Assembly (NCBI GenBank): GCA_051294905.1
Contig: CM119371.1
Location: 35,590,001 to 35,654,000, forward strand
Source of the DNA: Botryllus schlosseri
Taxonomy: Eukaryota
Reading direction: 5' to 3'
DNA: 64,000 bases
The position numbers and the translations under genes are program-made. The notes beneath the pieces are model-generated. The model was not told the DNA's origin and did no database searches. It saw only the letters and a list, made by a program, of their open reading frames with translations. This document shows, piece by piece, positions 1 through 11,800 of this stretch (position 1 is the stretch's first letter; every line of letters starts with the position of its first letter).

Positions 1-514
1 TATTTCTATCTTAGACAAGTGCTCCACTTTTAACCACGTTCAGGAGTCGAGGCTTGTCCCAAAGCATAATCGAACCGAGTTTTAGCCAATTCTACCGTCT
101 AGTTCGAGTCGAATTTCATCTCTACTTTTCAGAGAAATTGCACGAGTATCATCACCTGGCCAACGTCTTTCGCAAAATTACACGTATAGCTCTCGGATTA
201 AAGACGCCGATATTTCTATCTTAGACAAGTGCTCCACTTTTAATCACGTTCAGGAGTCGAGGCTTGTCCGAAAGCATAATCGAACCGAATTTCAGCCAAT
301 TCTACCGTCTAGTTCGAGTCGAATCTCATCTCCTCTTTTCAGAGAAATTGCACGAGTATCATCACCTGGCCAACGTCTTTCGCAAAATTACACGTATAGC
401 TATTTTCGGCTTGAGACGTCGTCGCGTGCGGACCTCTTGCTGCGCTTCCTAACTGAGTAGTCTGAGATAGACAAGCGCTCTATAATAATTAGTGATCTAC
501 AACGCCAGTATCGG

Positions 515-1882
515 ATGGAAGTCTCTTCCTCTGGCAAACGCAAACTGTCGTGTGTTTCTACGGACGTGGTCAATAGTGATAGTGATAGCGATGCTCGTGC
601 TTCTTTAGCGAAAGTCTCCGCTAAGGATTATGCTAGTCAGCCTACGAAGCAACCTCCTAGCACCCAGGAACCGGAATTGAGCGAGCGACCTCAGGATGGA
701 GCAGGTCAACAACATAGTAGCCAAATGAGAGTCGTGGTATCAGGTGAAGGCCTTTCGTTGAAGCGCCTCCATCCTACAGTAGTGCATAGGGCACTCTATT
801 CATTGATCGGCGAATATGAGGGACCTCGTCCTCTTCGGTCAGGAGACCTTCTAATCACATGCACTAGTCCGAAACAGGTTCAAGCTCTCCTCCAGTCTGA
901 CTGTTTGACAGACAAAGTTTCCGGCTCTAAAATTAACGTAAAAACCTCTCTGTACCCCGAAAAATCATTTGCTAGCAGAGCTGTCATTTCTGGCGTGCCC
1001 CTAGATATCAAGGAGTCAGAACTACTCGACAACCTTAGCGGTGTTGGAGTATCAGCCGTAAAACGCCTTAAGAGGAAAGTCGACAAAGGTTACGACTCCT
1101 GTTCCGCCGTTCTCCTCTACTTCCGCTGTGACAAGGTACCTGAGAGTGTCAATTTCTCTTACCTTCGGTTCTGGACTAGGCCTTATAATCCTCCCCCTTT
1201 GAGATGCTATCGCTGCAATAGGTACGGCCACTCCAAAGAATCGTGTAGAGGAAAAGCAACTTGTAGTAAATGTGGTAGTTCTGACCACGAACATGCCTCG
1301 TGCACGAAGGAAAAATTTTGCATCAACTGCAAAAAACCTCACAGTGCCGCATATGGCGGTTGTAGCGTATATAAAACCGAAGCTAAACTGCAAATTATCA
1401 AAGAACGTACAAAAATCAGTTATTCCGAAGCGAAGGTCGTGTTGAACTCTGCCACCGTTGCTACCTCTTTGCCTACTTCTCATATGGACAGGACTTTTAG
1501 TGAAGTCCTTGCTAACGACTCTACATATTTTCGACAACCACGACCTCGTCGCACTAAAACCAGTTCGATCCTTAGCAAACATACCATTTCCGCTCCTGCT
1601 CCCAATGACGGGGATTTGCGACATTTCAGTCAGACCAAATCGAAAGAAAATACTGTTAGCGATGCTGCTAGCCATAGGCCTACCGAATTGGAAGAGAATA
1701 CCCCTATGTCTTCGTGTCAAACATCCACCCCAGATCTTTCGCAGTTACTTTCCCTACTTGTTGGAATCGTTGAATATACGATGGAGGCTGTCAAATCAGG
1801 TCAATGCAATGCGCTTGAAATCGTTTCCAGAGCATGCCTTAAGCATGGTTTTTCGGCTCCTGCTCCTAAAGTAAATGTCTAA
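515..1882 (+). CDS. LINE ORF1, gag-like nucleic-acid-binding protein with three zinc knuckles
   Basis: 455 aa; CYRCNRYGHSKESC, CSKCGSSDHEHASC, CINCKKPHSAAYGGC; upstream LRSGDLLITC and AVISGVP motifs typical of I/Jockey-group ORF1. Confidence 0.95.
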   Translation: MEVSSSGKRKLSCVSTDVVNSDSDSDARASLAKVSAKDYASQPTKQPPSTQEPELSERPQDGAGQQHSSQMRVVVSGEGLSLKRLHPTVVHRALYSLIGEYEGPRPLRSGDLLITCTSPKQVQALLQSDCLTDKVSGSKINVKTSLYPEKSFASRAVISGVPLDIKESELLDNLSGVGVSAVKRLKRKVDKGYDSCSAVLLYFRCDKVPESVNFSYLRFWTRPYNPPPLRCYRCNRYGHSKESCRGKATCSKCGSSDHEHASCTKEKFCINCKKPHSAAYGGCSVYKTEAKLQIIKERTKISYSEAKVVLNSATVATSLPTSHMDRTFSEVLANDSTYFRQPRPRRTKTSSILSKHTISAPAPNDGDLRHFSQTKSKENTVSDAASHRPTELEENTPMSSCQTSTPDLSQLLSLLVGIVEYTMEAVKSGQCNALEIVSRACLKHGFSAPAPKVNV

Positions 1883-4800
1883 TCAAGCTCTTCGTTTCAT
1901 CCAATGGAATTGTAGAGGTATTTATCGTAAACTACCCGAGCTTAAACAATATATCAATAACCTACCAAATACCCCTGATGTGATATTGCTTCAAGAGACT
2001 CATCTCATCGATAAGTATTCCCCCAAGCTGACGGGTTTTCGAGTCTTTCGTAAAGACAACTCGCTTCATTCCGGTGGTCTGGCCATTTTCGTGCGGGAAT
2101 CTCTCCCCGCGACTGAGATCCAACTTGATAGCCCATCTTGCATTGAAGTGTTATGTATATCCATCTGTCACCTACGCATCTGCAACGTCTATATGAGCCC
2201 TACCGCAATTTCAGAAGATAGCGCGTTTGTTTTCCTTGAATCGCTGTCACGTCGTGCAATAATCTTCGGGGATTTTAATGCCCACCATCTTTCCTGGGGG
2301 CAACGAAATAACCGACGGGGCCGCCTCCTATTTGACGCTTTCGACCAAAATGGATTGGTGGTGTTGAATAGCAGCTCGCCAACCCATCTTAATATTGCCT
2401 CTAACGCCATAAACCGATACTCGCTACTAGATTTATCCATCGCGTCAGCCGACGTATCCTCGAAGTGCCGAACCGACGTCACGGATCGTTTACTGGGAAG
2501 CGACCATTTTATTGTGATAACTACTTTCAAAGAAACGTTTTCAAATGATACAAACAGGAAAAACTCGTGGAATTTTCGCAGAGCAGATTGGGCGGCCTTT
2601 GAAAGAAAAATCGATAGGAGCTTAGAATCTTCGGGCTATGAAGATGTCAACTTTTTGAACAAGACTTTCTCAGAATGCGCACTGGACGCGGCGCATTCGT
2701 CAATTCCAAAATCTCATTTCTCGAACCGAAAACCTTCTGTGCCATGGTGGAATGCGTCTTGCGATAGAGCCGTAAGACGCAAGAGAGCTGCTTTCCTCAA
2801 AATGAAACGGACCTTCTGCATGAATGATGTAACCCGATATAAACGCTTGCGGTCGGAATGCCGGAAAATGATTCTTTCTTCTAAAAGGGCAAGTTGGGAA
2901 AACTTCTGTTCTTCTCTGAATGATTCCAGTAATTACTCCAAAGTTTGGAAGGTAGTTCGCTCCTTTTCTGGTGTTCGTTCCTACAATATCATACCTCCGA
3001 TCACTATTGGTGGCGTCGTTACCGGTAGTGACGACAGGTCGAAGGCTGACGCTCTAGCCTTGCACTTTTCGTCGGTTAGCAGTGATAGCAATTACACGTC
3101 AGCATTCCGAACAAGGAAGGAAGCGGTTGAGAATCAAATATCCTCCCGAATCACCAGTCTCTCAGCGCCTAACAATGATATCATTAACGATCCTTTTTCC
3201 ATGGCCGAACTGAAATCAGCCATTTCGTCGCGAGGAAACACCAGCCCGGGCTTGGACGATATCGCTTACCCCATGTTAAAGCACTTGTCTGACAAGTCTC
3301 TAACATATATTCTCCGTTTGATCAACTCTTCTTGGAGTAATGGCCTTCTTCCCGACACCTGGAAACACTCTGTTGTTGTCCCCATATTGAAAGGTGAGAA
3401 AGACCCAGCTGCGGCTAAATCCTATCGTCCCATTTCGCTGACTAGTCACCTATGTAAAGTAATGGAGGTGATGGTAACGAGGCGCTTGAGATGGCACTTG
3501 GAATCTAACTCCCTTCTCAACGCCGCTCAGTCCGGATTTCGTCATGGGCGTAGCACCATGGATAACATCATGCAACTTCATGATACCGTGTACAAAGCGG
3601 TCAACAATCGGTATTCCGTGATTGCAGTCTTTTTGGACATCCAATCCGCGTATGATATGGTATGGCGCAACGGTCTTCTGTTCAAACTAACAGAGCTTGG
3701 AATAAAGGGCCAAACGTTGAATTGGATAAATAATTTTCTGTCACACCGATCTTTTCAAGTTCGAGTTGGTGGTTCTCTCTCCAACGTTCATTTTTTAAAA
3801 AATGGCCTGCCACAGGGCAGTGTCATCAGCCCTCTGTTCTTTGCAATCATGATGGCCGATCTTCCCCTGTTGGTAAACACCTCTCATGCCCTATTCGCCG
3901 ACGACCTCTTACTTTGGGATTGCGGTCTCTCCATCCCAGACCTACTTCTGTCCATGCAGCGCTCTCTGGACTCCATACAAGAATGGTGTGACAAGTGGGG
4001 TATGCTCTTGTCCAAATCCAAAACCGTTGCAATGTTATTTACACGAAAAAGAAAAATACCTCCTCTTGCTCTCCAACTGGATGGTTCGAATATACCGTTC
4101 GTGGAAACATTCAAATATCTCGGCGTCGTTTTTGATAAGAGGCTATCCTACAAAGCACATATCGAATACATTTCCTCTAAATGTAGTAAAAGATTGAATT
4201 TGTTGAGAGCTCTAACTGGGACAAGTTGGGGAGCCAGTAAGAAGAGTCTCCTGTGTGTCTACCGTTCCCTCGTTCGCTCCATCATGGAGTACGGAATGCC
4301 GGCGTACTTTTTTGCACCGGTCACGCATCTGAAGAAGATCCAGGTTATCCAGAGTAAAGCTTTACGGATCTGTACAAATGCCATGCGCAGCACCCCGATT
4401 TGCGTGATTCAAGCCGAATGTCGGGAAATGCCTCTGCATCTGCGGCACAAGTTTATTTCAATGAATTACCGGTGCCACCTGATGAACCAGGACCCGAGAA
4501 ACTCGTTCATCAGCCAAATTATTGAAGATTCCTGGCATGACATTTACTGTCTCACAAATCCAAGCTTTCAGACATTCAACACCTATACTAAATCACCGCT
4601 ATTCAATGGCTTCATATTGGACAGGTACCGGCTTCCCTCGTCTCCTCCTTGGTTGTTACCTCAACCACGTGTTGATTTATCTCTCCTCTCGGAGAATGCT
4701 TTACGTGGCGTTATTAAGGCCTATAACCAGACTTGTTTAAGTCACGTTGCCGATAACTACGATGCACACACGCTAATATACACGGACGGATCTAAATCGC

Positions 4801-5618
4801 TTGTTGGAGGGGGAGCGGCGTTTTGCATCCCTTCACTTGACGTTTCAGTTGCCCAGGCTTGTTCAGCCGAGCACTCTGTCTTCTCGACTGAAATGATAGC
4901 GATCGACCTAGCGCTGAGTTGGATTACACGAAATCGCAACTCGTCAACCGAATATCTGATCATGTCAGATTGTTCGAGTGCCCTGGCTTGCATTCGTAAC
5001 TTCAACATGTATCCTCGCCATAAGCTGGTTTATGATATTTTATTCTCCCTGTCTCGATTGAGGGAACTCGACGTCAACGTATCATTCCTTTGGATTCCCG
5101 GCCATGTGGGCATTCACGGCAATGAAGAAGCTGACAGATTGGCAAAGAATGTCTCCACCACTCCGTCAATGTCCGAAGATATGCCGACGCTCTCCGAACA
5201 AGAAGCCCGGCACATAATCCGTCGCCACTGCATGGCATTGTGGGATCAAGAATACCAGAGCTCCGAAAACGGCCTACGTTACAAGTCCTTCAACAGTTCT
5301 GTTCTACATCCTTCCCCTGGTTATGGTAATCGCCTTTATGATAGTATAATCCTTCGATTGCAATCAGGTCATTGTCGATTAAATGGCCATTTGTTCAAAC
5401 TTGGAATGGTAGACTCTCCTGCGTGTTGTTACTGCCGCTACCCCGAAACTGTGGATCATTTCTTAATTAGTTGCCCTAAATATGACTTTCATCGTTCATT
5501 TCTTATTGATAAATGTGTTCAATTAAAAGTGAATTTCTGTATTTATGATTTGCTCACTGATTCTCGTATAGTCCCGTATGTCGTTGAATTTGTGTTATCG
5601 TGCAACCGCTATTTATAA
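1875..5618 (+). CDS. LINE ORF2: AP endonuclease + reverse transcriptase + RNase H + C-terminal CCHC finger
   Basis: 1247 aa; APE motifs QWNCRG, LLQET, GDFNAH, SDH; RT motifs YRPISLTS, QSGFR, FLDIQSAYD, GLPQGSVISP, FADD, KYLGV; RNase H motifs YTDGS, WIPGHVGIHGNEEAD; CCYC…ETVDHFLISC; overlaps ORF1 by 8 nt. Confidence 0.97.
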   Translation: MSNQALRFIQWNCRGIYRKLPELKQYINNLPNTPDVILLQETHLIDKYSPKLTGFRVFRKDNSLHSGGLAIFVRESLPATEIQLDSPSCIEVLCISICHLRICNVYMSPTAISEDSAFVFLESLSRRAIIFGDFNAHHLSWGQRNNRRGRLLFDAFDQNGLVVLNSSSPTHLNIASNAINRYSLLDLSIASADVSSKCRTDVTDRLLGSDHFIVITTFKETFSNDTNRKNSWNFRRADWAAFERKIDRSLESSGYEDVNFLNKTFSECALDAAHSSIPKSHFSNRKPSVPWWNASCDRAVRRKRAAFLKMKRTFCMNDVTRYKRLRSECRKMILSSKRASWENFCSSLNDSSNYSKVWKVVRSFSGVRSYNIIPPITIGGVVTGSDDRSKADALALHFSSVSSDSNYTSAFRTRKEAVENQISSRITSLSAPNNDIINDPFSMAELKSAISSRGNTSPGLDDIAYPMLKHLSDKSLTYILRLINSSWSNGLLPDTWKHSVVVPILKGEKDPAAAKSYRPISLTSHLCKVMEVMVTRRLRWHLESNSLLNAAQSGFRHGRSTMDNIMQLHDTVYKAVNNRYSVIAVFLDIQSAYDMVWRNGLLFKLTELGIKGQTLNWINNFLSHRSFQVRVGGSLSNVHFLKNGLPQGSVISPLFFAIMMADLPLLVNTSHALFADDLLLWDCGLSIPDLLLSMQRSLDSIQEWCDKWGMLLSKSKTVAMLFTRKRKIPPLALQLDGSNIPFVETFKYLGVVFDKRLSYKAHIEYISSKCSKRLNLLRALTGTSWGASKKSLLCVYRSLVRSIMEYGMPAYFFAPVTHLKKIQVIQSKALRICTNAMRSTPICVIQAECREMPLHLRHKFISMNYRCHLMNQDPRNSFISQIIEDSWHDIYCLTNPSFQTFNTYTKSPLFNGFILDRYRLPSSPPWLLPQPRVDLSLLSENALRGVIKAYNQTCLSHVADNYDAHTLIYTDGSKSLVGGGAAFCIPSLDVSVAQACSAEHSVFSTEMIAIDLALSWITRNRNSSTEYLIMSDCSSALACIRNFNMYPRHKLVYDILFSLSRLRELDVNVSFLWIPGHVGIHGNEEADRLAKNVSTTPSMSEDMPTLSEQEARHIIRRHCMALWDQEYQSSENGLRYKSFNSSVLHPSPGYGNRLYDSIILRLQSGHCRLNGHLFKLGMVDSPACCYCRYPETVDHFLISCPKYDFHRSFLIDKCVQLKVNFCIYDLLTDSRIVPYVVEFVLSCNRYL

Positions 5619-5766
5619 ACGTATAGTCTATAATTTATTTCTGTAATGTTCGTGAGTGAATCAATTTTTGGAATCACCTTAGCTCTCTTGATTGATTCTA
5701 CATCATTGTGCTATTGATCATTATTTCGTGTTAACTCCCTTATCTGTGTACTATGCTCAATGACTG

Positions 5767-5827
5767 TGGTGCAAAAGGCCGTCAGGCGATAAGCGCCAGT
5801 TTTTTGTTTAATAAACAACAACAACAA
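5767..5827 (+). other. LINE 3' end: stem-loop, polyA signal and (CAA)n tail
   Basis: TGGTGC (5767-5772) can pair with GCGCCA (5793-5798) around an inner GCC-GTCA-GGC hairpin; AATAAA at 5810; CAA x4. Confidence 0.7.
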
Positions 5828-8800
5828 CACGTATAGCTCTCGGATTAAAGACGCCGATATTTCTATCTTAGACAAGTGCTCCACTTTTAATCACGTTCAC
5901 GTGTCGAGGCTTGTCCCAAAGCATAATCGAACCGAGTTTTAGCCAATACTACCGTCTAGTTCGAGTCGAATTTCATTTCTACTTTTCAGAGAAATTGCAC
6001 GAGTATCATCACCTGGCCAACGTCTTTCGCAAAATTACACGTATAGCTCTCGGATTAAAGACGCCGATATTTCTATCTTAGACAAGTGCTCCACTTTTAA
6101 TCACGTTCACGAGTCGAGGCTTGTCCCAAAGCATAATCGAACCGAGTTTTAGCCAATACTACCGTCTAGTTCGAGTCGAATTTCATTTCTACTTTTCAGA
6201 GAAATTGCACGAGTATCATCACCTGGCCAACGTCTTTCGCAAAATTACACGTATAGCTCTCGGATTAAAGACGCCGATATTTCTATCTTAGACAAGTGCT
6301 CCACTTTTAACCACGTTCAGGAGTCGAGGCTTGTCCCAAAGCATAATCGAACCGAGTTTTAGCCAATTCTACCGTCTAGTTCGAGTCGAATTTCATCTCT
6401 ACTTTTCAGAGAAATTGCACGAGTATCATCACCTTGCCAACGTCTTTCGCAAAATTACACGTATAGCTCTCGGATTAAAGACGCCGATATTTCTATCTTA
6501 GACAAGTGCTCCACTTTTAACCACGTTCAGGAGTCGAGGCTTGTCCCAAAGCATAATCGAACCTAATTTCAGCCAATTCTACCGTCTAGTTCGAGTCGAA
6601 TATCATCTCTACTTTTCAGAGAAATAGCGCGAGTATCATCACCTGGCTAACGTCTTTCGCAAAATTACACGTATAGCTCTCGGATTAAAGACGCCGATAT
6701 TTCTATTTTAGACAAGTGCTCCACTTTTAACCACGTTCAGGAGTCGAGGCTTGTCCCAAAGCATAATCGAACCGAGTTTTAGCCAATTCTACCGTCTAGT
6801 TCGAGTCGAATCTCATCTCTACTTTTCAGAGAAATTGCACGAGTATCATCACCTGGCCAACGTCTTTCGCAAAATTACACGTATAGCTCTCGGATTAAAG
6901 ACGCCGATATTTCTATCTTAGACAAGTGCTCCACTTTTAATCACGTTCACGAGTCGAGGCTTGTCCCAAAGCATAATCTAACCGAGTTTTAGCCAATTCT
7001 ACCGTCTAGTTCGAGTCGAATTTCATCTCTACTTTTCAGAGAAATTGCACGAGTATCATCACCTGGCCAACGTCTTTCGCAAAATTACACGTATAGCTCT
7101 CGGATTAAAGACGCCGATATTTCTATCTTAGACAAGTGCTCCACTTTTAATCACGTTCAGGAGTCGAGGCTTGTCCCAAAGCATAATCGAACCGAGTTTT
7201 AGCCAATTCTACCGTCTAGTTCGAGTCGAATCTCATCTCTACTTTTCAGAGAAATTGCACGATTATCATCACCTGGCCAACGTCTTTCGCAAAATTACAC
7301 GTATAGCTCTCGGATTAAAGACGCCGATATTTCTATCTTTGACAAGTGCTCCACTTTTAATCACGTTCAGGAGTCGAGGCTTGTCCTAAAGCATAATCGA
7401 ACCGAGTTTTAGCCAATTCTACCGTCTAGTTCGAGTCGAATTTCATCTCTACTTTTCAGAGAAATTGCACGAGTATCATCACCTGGCCAACGTCTTTCGC
7501 AAAATTACACGTATAGCTCTCGGAATAAAGACGCCGATATTTCTATCTTAGACAAGTGCTACACTTTTAATCACGTTCAGGAGTCGAGGCTTGTCCGAAA
7601 GCATAATCGAACCGAGTTTTAGTCAATTCTACCGTCTAGTTCGAGTCGAATTTCATCTCTACTTTTCAGAGAAATTGCACGAGTATCATCACCTGGCCAA
7701 CGTCTTTCGCAAAATTACACGTATAGCTCTCGGATTAAAGACGCCGATATTTCTATCTTAGACAAGTGCTCCACTTTTAATCACGTTCACGAGTCGAGGC
7801 TCGTCCCAAAGCATAATCGAACCGAGTTTTAGCCAATTCTACCGTCTAGTTCGAGTCGAATTTCATCTATACTTTTCAGAGAAATTGCACGAGTATCATC
7901 ACCTGGCCAACGTCTTTCGCAAAATTACACGTATAGCTCTCGGATTAAAGACGCCGATATTTCTATCTTAGACAAGTGCTCCACTTTTAATCACGTTCAG
8001 GAGTCGAGGCTTGTCCCAAAGCATAATCGAACCGAGTTTTAGCCAATTCTACCGTCTAGTTCGAGTCGAATTTCATCTCTACTTTTCAGAGAAATTGCAC
8101 GAGTATCATCACCTGGCCAACGTGTTTCGCAAAATTACACGTATAGCTCTCGGATTAAAGACGCCGATATTTCTATCTTAGACAAGTGCTCCACTTTTAA
8201 TCACGTTCACGGGTCGAGGCTTGTCCCAAAGCATAATCGAACCGAATTTCAGCCAATTCTACCGTCTAGTTCGAGTCGAATCTCATCTCTACTTTTCAGA
8301 GAAATTGCACGAGTATCATCACCTGGCCAACGTCTTTCGCAAAATTACACGTATAGCTCTCGGATTAAAGACGCCGATATTTCTATCTTAGACAAGTGCT
8401 CCACTTTTAATCACGTTCACGAGTCGAGGCTTGTCCCAAAGCATAATCGAACCGAGTTTTAGCCAATACTACCGTCTAGTTCGAGTCGAATTTCATTTCT
8501 ACTTTTCAGAGAAATTGCACGAGTATCATCACCTGGCCAACGTCTTTCGCAAAATTACACGTATAGCTCTCGGATTAAAGACGCCGATATTTCTATCTTA
8601 GACAAGTGCTCCACTTTTAATCACGTTCAGGAGTCGAGGCTTGTCCCAAAGCATAATCGAACCGAGTTTTAGCCAATTCTACCGTCTAGTTCGAGTCGAA
8701 TTTCATCTCTACTTTTCAGAGAAATTGCACGAGTATCATCACCTGGCCAACGTCTTTCGCAAAATTACACTTATAGCTCTCGGATTAAAGACGCCGATAT

Positions 8801-11800
8801 TTCTATCTTAGACAAGTGCTCCACTTTTAATCACGTTCACGGGTCGAGGCTTGTCCAAAGCATAATCGAACCGAGTTTTAGCCAATTCTACCGTCTAGTT
8901 CGAGTCGAATTTCATCTCTACTTTTCAGAGAAATTGCACGAGTATCATCACCTGGCCAACGTCTTTCGCAAAATTACACGTATAGCTCTCGGATTAAAGA
9001 CGCCGATATTTCTATCTTAGACAAGTGCTCCACTTTTAATCACGTTCAGGAGTCGAGGCTTGTCCGAAAGCATAATCGAACCGAGTTTTAGCCAATTCTA
9101 CCGTCTAGTTCGAGTCGAATTTCATCTCTACTTTTCAGAGAAATTGCACGAGTATCATCACCTGGCCAACGTCTTTCGCAAAATTACACGTATAGCTCTC
9201 GGATTAAAGACGCCGATATTTCTATCTTAGACAAGTGCTCCACTTTTAATCACGTTCAGGAGTCGAGGCTTGTCCCAAAGCATAATCGAACCGAGTTTTA
9301 GCCAATTCTACCGTCTAGTTCGAGTCGAATTTCATCTCTACTTTTCAGAGAAATTGCAAGAGTATCATCACCTGGCCAACGTGTTTCGCAAAATTACACG
9401 TATAGCTCTCGGATTAAAGACGCCGATATTTCTATCTTAGACAAGTGCTCCACTTTTAACCACGTTCAGGAGTCGAGGCTTGTCCCAAAGCATAATCGAA
9501 CCGAGTTTTAGCCAATTCTACCGTCTAGTTCGAGTCGAATTTCATCTCTACTTTTCAGAGAAATTGCACGAGTATCATCACCTGGCCAACGTCTTTCGCA
9601 AAATTACACGTATAGCTCTCGGATTAAAGACGCCGATATTTCTATCTTAGACAAGTGCTCCACTTTTAATCACGTTCAGGAGTCGAGGCTTGTCCGAAAG
9701 CATAATCGAACCGAATTTCAGCCAATTCTACCGTCTAGTTCGAGTCGAATCTCATCTCTACTTTTCAGAGAAATTGCACGAGTATCATCACCTGGCCAAC
9801 GTCTTTCGCAAAATTACACGTATAGCTCTCGGATTAAAGACGCCGATATTTCTATCTTAGACAAGTGCTCCACTTTTAATCACGTTCACGTGTCGAGGCT
9901 TGTCCCAAATCATAATCGAACCGAGTTTTAGCCAATACTACCGTCTAGTTCGAGTCGAATTTCATTTCTACTTTTCAGAGAAATTGCACGAGTATCATCA
10001 CCTGGCCAACGTCTTTCGCAAAATTACACGTATAGCTCTCGGATTAAAGACGCCGATATTTCTATCTTAGACAAGTTCTCCACTTTTAATCACGTTCAGG
10101 AGTCGAGGCTTGTCCCAAAGCATGATCGAACCGAATTTCAGCCAATTCCACCGTCTAGTTCGAGTCGAATATCATATCTACTTTTCAGAGAAATAGCGCG
10201 AGTATCATCACCTGGCTAACGTCTTTCGCAAAATTACACGTATAGCTCTCGGATTAAAGACGCCGATATTTCTATCTTAGACAAATGCTCCACTTTTAAC
10301 CATGTTCAGTAGTCGAGGCTTGTCCCAAAGCATAATCGAACCGAATTTCAGCCAATTCTACCGTCTAGTTTGAGTCGAATCTCATCTCTACTTTTCAGAG
10401 AAATTGCACGAGTATCATCACCTGGCCAACGTCTTTCGCAAAATTACACGTATAGCTCTCGGATTAAAGACGCCGATATTTCTATCTTAGACAAATGCTC
10501 CACTTTTAACCATGTTCAGTAGTCGAGGCTTGTCCCAAAGCATAATCGAACCGAATTTCAGCCAATTCTACCGTCTAGTTTGAGTCGAATCTCATCTCTA
10601 CTTTTCAGAGAAATTGCACGAGTATCATCACCTGGCCAACGTCTTTCGCAAAATTACACGTATAGCTCTCGGATTAAAGACGCCGATATTTTTATCTTAG
10701 ACAAGTGCTCCACTTTTACCCACGTTCAGGAGTCGAGGCTTGTCCCAAAGCATAATCGAACCGAATTTCAGCCAATTCTACCGTCTAGTTCGAGTCGAAT
10801 CTCATCTCTACTTTTCAGAGAAATTGCACGATTATCATCACCTGGCCAACGTCTTTCGCAAAATTACACGTATAGCTCTCGGATTAAAGACGCCGATATT
10901 TCTATCTTTGACAAGTGCTCCACTTGTAATCACGTTTTAGCCAATTCTACCGTCTAGTTCGAGTCGAATTTCATCTCTACTTTTCAGAGAAATTGCACGA
11001 GTATCATCACCTGGCCAACGTCTTTCGCAAAATTACACGTATAGCTCTCGGATTAAAGACGCCGATATTTCTATCTTAGACAAGTGCTCCACTTTTAATC
11101 ACGTTCACGAGTCGAGGCTCGTCCCAAAGCATAATCGAACCGAGTTTTAGCCAATTCTACCGTCTAGTTCGAGTCGAATTTCATCTATACTTTTCAGAGA
11201 AATTGCACGAGTATCATCACCTGGCCAACGTCTTTCGCAAAATTACACGTATAGCTCTCGGATTAAAGACGCCGATATTTCTATCTTAGACAAGTGCTCC
11301 ACTTTTAATCACGTTCAGGAGTCGAGGCTTGTCCCAAAGCATAATCGAACCGAGTTTTAGCCAATTCTACCGTCTAGTTCGAGTCGAATTTCATCTCTAC
11401 TTTTCAGAGAAATTGCACGAGTATCATCACCTGGCCAACGTCTTTCGCAAAATTACACGTATAGCTCTCGGATTAAAGACGCCGATATTTCTATCTTAGA
11501 CAAGTGCTCCACTTTTAATCACGTTCAGGAGTCGAGGCTTGTCCCAAAGCATAATCGAACCGAGTTTTAGCCAATTCTACCGTCTAGTTCGAGTCGAATT
11601 TCATCTCTACTTTTCAGAGAAATTGCACGAGTATCATCACCTGGCCAACGTGTTTCGCAAAATTACACGTATAGCTCTCGGATTAAAGACGCCGATATTT
11701 CTATCTTAGACAAGTGCTCCACTTTTAATCACGTTCACGGGTCGAGGCTTGTCCCAAAGCATAATCGAACCGAATTTCAGCCAATTCTACCGTCTAGTTC

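Larger units (their letters stand above)
402..5827 (+). mobile_element. Full-length non-LTR retrotransposon, I group (I/Nimb/Loa-like, RNase H-containing)
   Basis: Two intact ORFs; 3' AATAAA (5810-5815) followed by (CAA)4; flanked by direct repeat (A)CACGTATAGCT at 390/391-401 and 5827/5828-5838. Confidence 0.96.

Noticed and set aside
880..5008. Antisense and alternative-frame ORFs inside the LINE
   Set aside because: Shadows of ORF1/ORF2 with no recognisable motifs
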